DNA from: Candidatus Uhrbacteria bacterium
Lineage (GTDB): Bacteria; Patescibacteriota; Patescibacteriia; UBA9934
Direction of reading: 5' to 3'
Length of the DNA: 64,000 bases
Assembly: GCA_018664485.1 (NCBI GenBank)
Contig: JABJOE010000007.1
Location: forward strand, 68,353-132,352
Shown here: positions 59,001-64,000 of the stretch, one piece after another
Numbering within the stretch: the stretch's first letter is position 1
How the letters are laid out: every line of letters begins with the position of its first letter
The notes under the pieces: generated by a model
Database searches by the model: none
What the model was told of the DNA's origin: nothing
The model's input: the letters and a program-made list of their open reading frames with translations, nothing else
Translations under genes and position numbers: made by a program

Positions 59001-59342
59001 ATGGCCGAGATACATGTCAGAACTCGAAGAGCGATCGCATTCTTGGAGGACCCTACAAACAGATGGATCCCGGAGTGTGAGGAAGCTGCAAGATTCCTCA
59101 CACTAGCCCTGACCAGGCCTTCGGTTGAACCTCTTGAAGGCCATCAAATGTTCCTTGTTAGTGTCATTGGAAGACCGGAGAATGGGCGAGCACACGTTGA
59201 GCACAGCATCCGTCTGAATGCGGTCATCTTGTACATGGAAGTCCAACGAGCAATTCACGGCGTAACAAAACGTCTTACCTGGCGCAACGTAGCCTTCATC
59301 ATCGAAGATGGCGCCCTCCGTGCTGAGCCACTCCCTGCATGA
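59001..59342 (+). CDS. small hypothetical protein, tandem paralogue B (113 aa)
   Basis: AIAFLEDPTNRWIPECEEAA...RLTWRNVAFIIEDGALRAEPL. The 3' 45 nt are nearly identical to paralogue A. Confidence 0.45.
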   Translation: MAEIHVRTRRAIAFLEDPTNRWIPECEEAARFLTLALTRPSVEPLEGHQMFLVSVIGRPENGRAHVEHSIRLNAVILYMEVQRAIHGVTKRLTWRNVAFIIEDGALRAEPLPA

Positions 59343-59471
59343 TCCTCAACGGGCCATGCAACAGAACCTACACCCCGCAGCCCTTGTGCCGCGGGGTGTC
59401 GTTGCACCAAACAATACTTCTACGAACAGTTATCGTCCTTATTTTGATGCGGCGCATGATATACTTGCGTC

Positions 59472-60929
59472 ATGATTTCAGGAGGTCTAGCACAATATGC
59501 CAACCGATCAATAACACCGTCGTCTCGCGTTGCTATTTTTGTTGAATCCGAGCCACGGCTAACCTGGACCTCCCTACTTGCAGACGCACATCCTGAAGCA
59601 GAGATCTATCTAGTTGGTGGAACTGTTCGCGATGTACTTCTAGGCCACACACCCGCAGACATTGACCTCGTTATTCGAAACCTCGAACCCGAAATACTAG
59701 AACGTTTTCTTGCACGCCAAGGTGCGGTGAGTTTTGTTGGAAAAAGATTTGGAACATTCAAATTTACTCCACATGGATGCCGATCAAAGCAACCTCTCGA
59801 CATCGCGATGCCACGAACAGAAACAATTTCCAATAAACACAAAAGCGGCCGCCGTGATTTAAAAATAAATTCAGACCATCTCATCAGTATCGATGAAGAC
59901 CTCTCCCGCCGAGACTTCACCATCAACGCGATCGCATACAACCTGCAAAATGAAGAAATTTCAGACCCGTTCTTTGGACTTCGTGATTTGGACAGCGGGA
60001 TCATACGTTGCGTACTTAATCCTCAAGAACGTTTCTTTGAAGATGCAACTCGAATTCTCCGCGGCCTACGATTTGCAAGCCAACTCGGATTCGCGATCGA
60101 TGGAGAGACCTGGGAAGCTATACAGATGAACCTTTCCCTTCTGAATAACACCTCAATGACAGATGAAGGGACTCACGTATATTCAGTGTCTCGCGAGCTA
60201 ATCGGAAAAGAATTCCTACTCGGATTCCTTGCTCACCCTACCCACACGTTAGACCTATGGCTCAAGTCTGGTGCTCTCAAGCAACATCTGCCGAGTGTAT
60301 TTATTTTAAGTGAGACTGTAGAGCCTGACGGTGAAACGGCACTTGAAAAAACAAAACAGGTTCTACATATTTTGCATAAACGAGATCTCCTTACGACCCA
60401 CCATATGCAGGCCCCGTCTTCCCGTGTGTTGGTAGCAGCACTTGGACTGTTTTTAGAAGATGCACCGACGCAGCTACACAGCGTTTGTAAAAAAATGCGG
60501 TTCCATCAATTCTCTGTAAATGATCGAGCTCACGTTGATTGTGGGAGCCTTTCGTGGATTTTGCAGCATCTGCATGATTTGGAAACAATTGATCCAGCGA
60601 GCATGCGGCCGAGTGCATTTGAACGTCTCTTCTGTACAGAGCGCGGACAAGACCTCTTACTACTCATCCATGCACGTCATCTAATGAGTGGTCGACACAG
60701 TATCGGTCGAGAACGACTACTGCAGACGATGCGTATATCAAACAATATCTATCACGGAGGTAAACCCAAGCCACTAATCGGAGGATCTGACCTCAAGATG
60801 CTAGGTCTTGAACCTGGGCCAATGTTCCGAGACTTACTAGACGTCGCCCGCGATGCGCAGCTTACCGGACACGCATCTAGCAAAGAAGAAGCTATCTTCT
60901 GTATTAAAACTCATCTTGAGCAACGGTAA
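59472..60929 (+). CDS. cca: tRNA nucleotidyltransferase (CCA-adding) / poly(A) polymerase family protein
   Basis: Head-domain motif IYLVGGTVRDVLLGHTPADIDLV and the RRDFTINA motif. Confidence 0.75.
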   Translation: MISGGLAQYANRSITPSSRVAIFVESEPRLTWTSLLADAHPEAEIYLVGGTVRDVLLGHTPADIDLVIRNLEPEILERFLARQGAVSFVGKRFGTFKFTPHGCRSKQPLDIAMPRTETISNKHKSGRRDLKINSDHLISIDEDLSRRDFTINAIAYNLQNEEISDPFFGLRDLDSGIIRCVLNPQERFFEDATRILRGLRFASQLGFAIDGETWEAIQMNLSLLNNTSMTDEGTHVYSVSRELIGKEFLLGFLAHPTHTLDLWLKSGALKQHLPSVFILSETVEPDGETALEKTKQVLHILHKRDLLTTHHMQAPSSRVLVAALGLFLEDAPTQLHSVCKKMRFHQFSVNDRAHVDCGSLSWILQHLHDLETIDPASMRPSAFERLFCTERGQDLLLLIHARHLMSGRHSIGRERLLQTMRISNNIYHGGKPKPLIGGSDLKMLGLEPGPMFRDLLDVARDAQLTGHASSKEEAIFCIKTHLEQR

Positions 60930-60996
60930 CCGGTCAGCCTTGTTGACCAAACTGTCCGTGCAATATACGATGCGCGCGCACTTAAATAAGGTATGG

Positions 60997-61073
60997 GGGC
61001 GTATAGCTCAGCTGGTTAGAGTGTCACATTGACATTGTGAAGGTCAGAGGTTCGAGTCCTCTTACGCCCACCA
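60997..61073 (+). tRNA. tRNA-Val (anticodon GAC)
   Basis: GGGCGTATAGCTCAGCTGGTTAGAGTG-TCACA-TTGACAT-TGTGA-AGGTCAGAGGTTCGAGTCCTCTTACGCCCACCA. Confidence 0.85.
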
Positions 61074-61261
61074 CAAAACACACTAGGTTTGGCTATTTTC
61101 GACTCACGGGTCCCGACAGACTTCGTCTACGTACCAATCAGTACGTCTCCTTGTCTGCCACCCGTTCATCGAAACTATCTCAAACCTAGTGTGTTTGTAT
61201 TTACACTGGAATCAATCAAAAGATTGATCTTTTTTTATGCTGAATTTATTGAAGTGATCAA

Positions 61262-61729
61262 TCACTCGCCAACAACTGGCTGCGCTACCTCCGGGATCCC
61301 TTGAGAAACTGGAGTCACAACACCCGGCAACGGACTTGCATCTGGAGCGCGTTCATCAACCCATGATTGATTGCGAGAACGTGAAATAAATAACAAAAAT
61401 GCTCCGAGAATTATCAGGACAGCAAAACCAATTAAAGCAGAAAATGTAATTGGCAAAACCCCACAAGAAATTACAGCAGCGAGCGATGAAAAATATCCAT
61501 CCGACTCACGCAAGCACTGACCGATTGCCCTGCCTCCAAGATTCGTTCCAAAGATAACGGCAGTAACAGCTACAGCTACACTCGCGAGCGTAAATAAACA
61601 ACTAAACTGTGCCTTGCGAACCTTACTTGAACGGAATAACGTGATGATCGCAAAAAAAACACCTCCAGCCAACCAGTAAAGGAAGAAGAGGATAATTGAT
61701 AGCTCAATGACATGCGGGCCAATAGTCAT
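61262..61729 (-). CDS. hypothetical integral membrane protein (155 aa)
   Basis: Four TM helices. Confidence 0.45.
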   Translation of the reverse strand: MTIGPHVIELSIILFFLYWLAGGVFFAIITLFRSSKVRKAQFSCLFTLASVAVAVTAVIFGTNLGGRAIGQCLRESDGYFSSLAAVISCGVLPITFSALIGFAVLIILGAFLLFISRSRNQSWVDERAPDASPLPGVVTPVSQGIPEVAQPVVGE

Positions 61730-61735
61730 ACAAAT

Positions 61736-61969
61736 TTATGAAAGCGCGTTGAAGGCAAACATCGTAATGAGTAATGTTCCAAGCGTTGCCGTAAGTAGCG
61801 CGAAAGCCAAGCCCTTCTTATCTGAGTCACCATTCTTGAATCCTGATATTCCAAAATACAGAGTGAGGAATGCAAGAAGTGCCGTTACGTAAAACATAGT
61901 ATTTTGAAGAGCTAATTTTGAGGAAACGAGATCGGACTCATAGAACGTAGCTATTTTGTTTCGATACAA
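61736..61969 (-). CDS. small membrane protein (77 aa)
   Basis: Two TM helices. It is adjacent to, and co-oriented with, the previous gene. Confidence 0.35.
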   Translation of the reverse strand: MYRNKIATFYESDLVSSKLALQNTMFYVTALLAFLTLYFGISGFKNGDSDKKGLAFALLTATLGTLLITMFAFNALS

Positions 61970-62135
61970 GGCTAACGAGGACTAAATTACCCGTCTCTCT
62001 TGGCTGCTATCGCCATAAAGGTTGGCCTGCCATTCGTAGCTCTAGCAAGAGTTACACTATTGCCATTTAAGTAGAAGAAGCTATGGGGGGACATTCTTCG
62101 CTCCGACAATCTATAATAATTGCCAGGGCGAAGAA

Positions 62136-62214
62136 TGGTGGGTCCGGATGGACTTGAACCATCGACCACGGAGGTATAAGCTCCGCGCTCTAACCAGCTG
62201 AGCTACGGACCCAC
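62136..62214 (-). tRNA. tRNA-Ile (anticodon TAT, read from the DNA)
   Basis: GTGGGTCCGTAGCTCAGCTGGTTAGAGCG-CGGAG-CTTATAC-CTCCG-TGGTCGATGGTTCAAGTCCATC-CGGACCCACCA. The stem is 5 bp, U33 is followed by TAT, and A is at position 37. Confidence 0.75.
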
Positions 62215-62636
62215 AAATTCAGGCCAAAATGTCCATCTGCGTTGTTACCACTCTGCTCCTCAACGTCGTACAGGAAGTACGTCTTTTTGCGGTGCTCGTG
62301 GCGCCTAGCAGCTGAACATTTTTTCACTGAATTTCCAATCGCGTCATTGCACAAAAACTTCATCAGATCTGGATAATTATTATATATACTTCTACGCTCC
62401 TCGCCATCACACTAAAACTACACCTTATCTGGAAAATATTATACAACAGCTCCCCTATCCTATTGTTTTGCGAATAAAAACGCAATATATCAACCTACAA
62501 CGATAGCCTCTACCATAAGCACAGACCTATCCGGTCAATGTACAGGCGCCCATATAAGATCGCGAACCTTAGCGCATTGACTCGATGACGTCAAGATGCA
62601 ATAGTAGGGACGAAACATGATCAATATCGGAAATTT

Positions 62637-63545
62637 ATGAAAACATTTACATCGGATCAACCAGAACCAGAGCGACTTGATAAACTCGCAACAACAGAAC
62701 TTGGGATCACTCGATCGCAAGTGCAAAAACTTATCAAGGCAGAAAAGATCCTCGTTGACGATAAGCCTGCCAACGCGCGAACCATGATCGATTCTTCAAT
62801 GGTCATGAGTTATGACCCAACGATCCTGGATGCAGTTGAAAAAGTCGGTGAAATGCCAGTCTTTGAAATTCTTTTTGAAAACGAAGAAATGGTCACCATC
62901 AACAAGCCTGCAGGAGTCCTCGTGCACGAGGCTGAAACTTCAACGGAGTTCACCCTTGTTGACGCGCTTCTATGTAAGTGGCCTGAAATAGCTACAGTAG
63001 GAGACGACGCAAAACGCGCAGGTCTCGTTCATCGACTAGACAAACATGCATCAGGAATAATGGTCGTTGCAAAAACTCAGGAAGCTTTTGACCATTTGAA
63101 AACTCAGTTTAAAGATCGTCTTGTAAAAAAGAACTACACTGTTTTAGTTCACGAGAAGCTATCACAAGAGAGTGGCACGATCGACTTCCCTATATCTCGA
63201 TCAAAAACATCAGGACGAATGGCGGCACGATCAAAGGTCGACGACGGGAAAAAAGCGGTCACTCATTACGACACAATAAAAGCTTACCCTCACCACACTT
63301 TACTTGATGTAAACATCGAAACAGGACGTACCCACCAAATCCGTGTTCACTTTTTTGCCATGGATCATCCGGTTGTTGGAGACACCCTATATCGACAGCG
63401 TGGGGTAAAGCCTATGGACATCGGTCGACTATTCTTGCACGCGCGCAAGCTTAGAATCACCATTCCAAACGGTGAAGAAAAGACATTCGAAGCGCCAATT
63501 CCAAAAGAACTTGAAGACGTGCTAGATACAATCCCGAAACTGTAA
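62637..63545 (+). CDS. rluD: RluA-family 23S rRNA pseudouridine synthase (RluD-like)
   Basis: An N-terminal S4-like domain and the catalytic HRLDKHASGIMVVAKT motif. Confidence 0.8.
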   Translation: MKTFTSDQPEPERLDKLATTELGITRSQVQKLIKAEKILVDDKPANARTMIDSSMVMSYDPTILDAVEKVGEMPVFEILFENEEMVTINKPAGVLVHEAETSTEFTLVDALLCKWPEIATVGDDAKRAGLVHRLDKHASGIMVVAKTQEAFDHLKTQFKDRLVKKNYTVLVHEKLSQESGTIDFPISRSKTSGRMAARSKVDDGKKAVTHYDTIKAYPHHTLLDVNIETGRTHQIRVHFFAMDHPVVGDTLYRQRGVKPMDIGRLFLHARKLRITIPNGEEKTFEAPIPKELEDVLDTIPKL

Positions 63546-63547
63546 AT

Positions 63548-64000
63548 ATGACTTTCGATGAAGCTCTCGCAAAACTAAAGAACGCCTCCCCGCTACGCAT
63601 CACGGTAAGTGGAGACATTGGATCTGGAAAATCAACATTTACAAAGCGCTTAGCTGCAGAACTTGATATACCCCGCACTTACGTCGGACAGATGATGCGA
63701 GATGAAGCGGCGGCACGCGGTCTTTCACTCGATGATTTCAATAAGCTTTTAAATGAAGACGACGAAGTTGATCGACGTCTCGACGAACTTCAACGTGAGA
63801 AGTCAGTAGACATAGAGCGCGGTGTGTTTGAAGGAAGAACATCCTGGCACTTTGTTGTTGACCCTAAAATAACTGTATTTCTGTCCGTAGACCCAGATGC
63901 AGCAGCGAATCGTATCTGGAAGGATGACAATGCAAATCGAGATGCATACGAATCCGTCGACGACCTCATAAAGGCCAATGTGGAACGCAAAGCTTCCGAG
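63548..64000 (+). CDS. P-loop kinase, cytidylate-kinase-like. It is partial and continues past the window end.
   Basis: MTFDEALAKL...ITVSGDIGSGKSTFTKRLAAEL (Walker A). The ORF is open to position 64000. Confidence 0.5.
   Translation, partial: MTFDEALAKLKNASPLRITVSGDIGSGKSTFTKRLAAELDIPRTYVGQMMRDEAAARGLSLDDFNKLLNEDDEVDRRLDELQREKSVDIERGVFEGRTSWHFVVDPKITVFLSVDPDAAANRIWKDDNANRDAYESVDDLIKANVERKASE

Overview
This window looks like a chromosomal segment of a small-genome bacterium with Gram-positive-type machinery. My inference is Patescibacteria/CPR, probably Saccharibacteria-like. Supporting points are a backbone of about 45% GC, a short-form YidC, compact housekeeping operons, use of UGA as a stop codon with an unframeshifted RF2 present, and Shine-Dalgarno sequences such as GGAGAGGAGG.

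Backbone genes, mostly on the minus strand, are recG (partial), comF, rsmA/ksgA, tsaC, two NAD-dependent sugar epimerases, prfB, groES/groEL, yidC, nusA, yraN, tdk, bactofilin, argS, tyrS, valS, a cca-type nucleotidyltransferase, rluD, a partial P-loop kinase and eight tRNAs, one of them tRNA-Ile(UAU).

Three things are embedded in this backbone:
- A type IV secretion-like cluster lies at about 5.0-15.8 kb on the minus strand. It encodes an M23 peptidoglycan hydrolase, a VirB6/TrbL-like polytopic protein, a proline/lysine-rich 649-aa protein, a VirB3-like protein, a 234-aa protein plus a 640-aa VirB4-like ATPase, and a possible VirB8-like anchored protein. No VirD4 or relaxase is present in the window.
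- A 9.3-kb gene at 18527-27823 encodes a 3098-aa cysteine-rich, aspartate-rich secreted giant protein. It contains at least two CBM4/9-like beta-sandwich domains and is preceded by a membrane protein with Ca-binding-type DxDxDG motifs.
- Several GC-rich islets of about 55-60% GC sit at 13.9-18.4, 36.1-37.6, 40.8-42.3, 44.8-45.4, 47.1-47.9, 48.7-49.5 and 58.6-59.3 kb. They encode secreted, lipoprotein or membrane proteins of unknown function, including a second M23 peptidase, and share a distinctive GC-hairpin terminator motif (CCCCGC...GCGGGG followed by TTTCGTGC-like tails). This suggests horizontally acquired cargo of common origin.

Smaller features are a tRNA-Ser cluster with a degenerate tRNA remnant and duplicated 3'-end-plus-terminator modules, a tandem structured RNA-like repeat upstream of comF, 12-bp coding microsatellite repeats, perfect 52-bp duplicated terminators, and a CIRCE-like operator upstream of groES. 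I recognised no rRNA, CRISPR array, transposase, integrase or phage structural genes.
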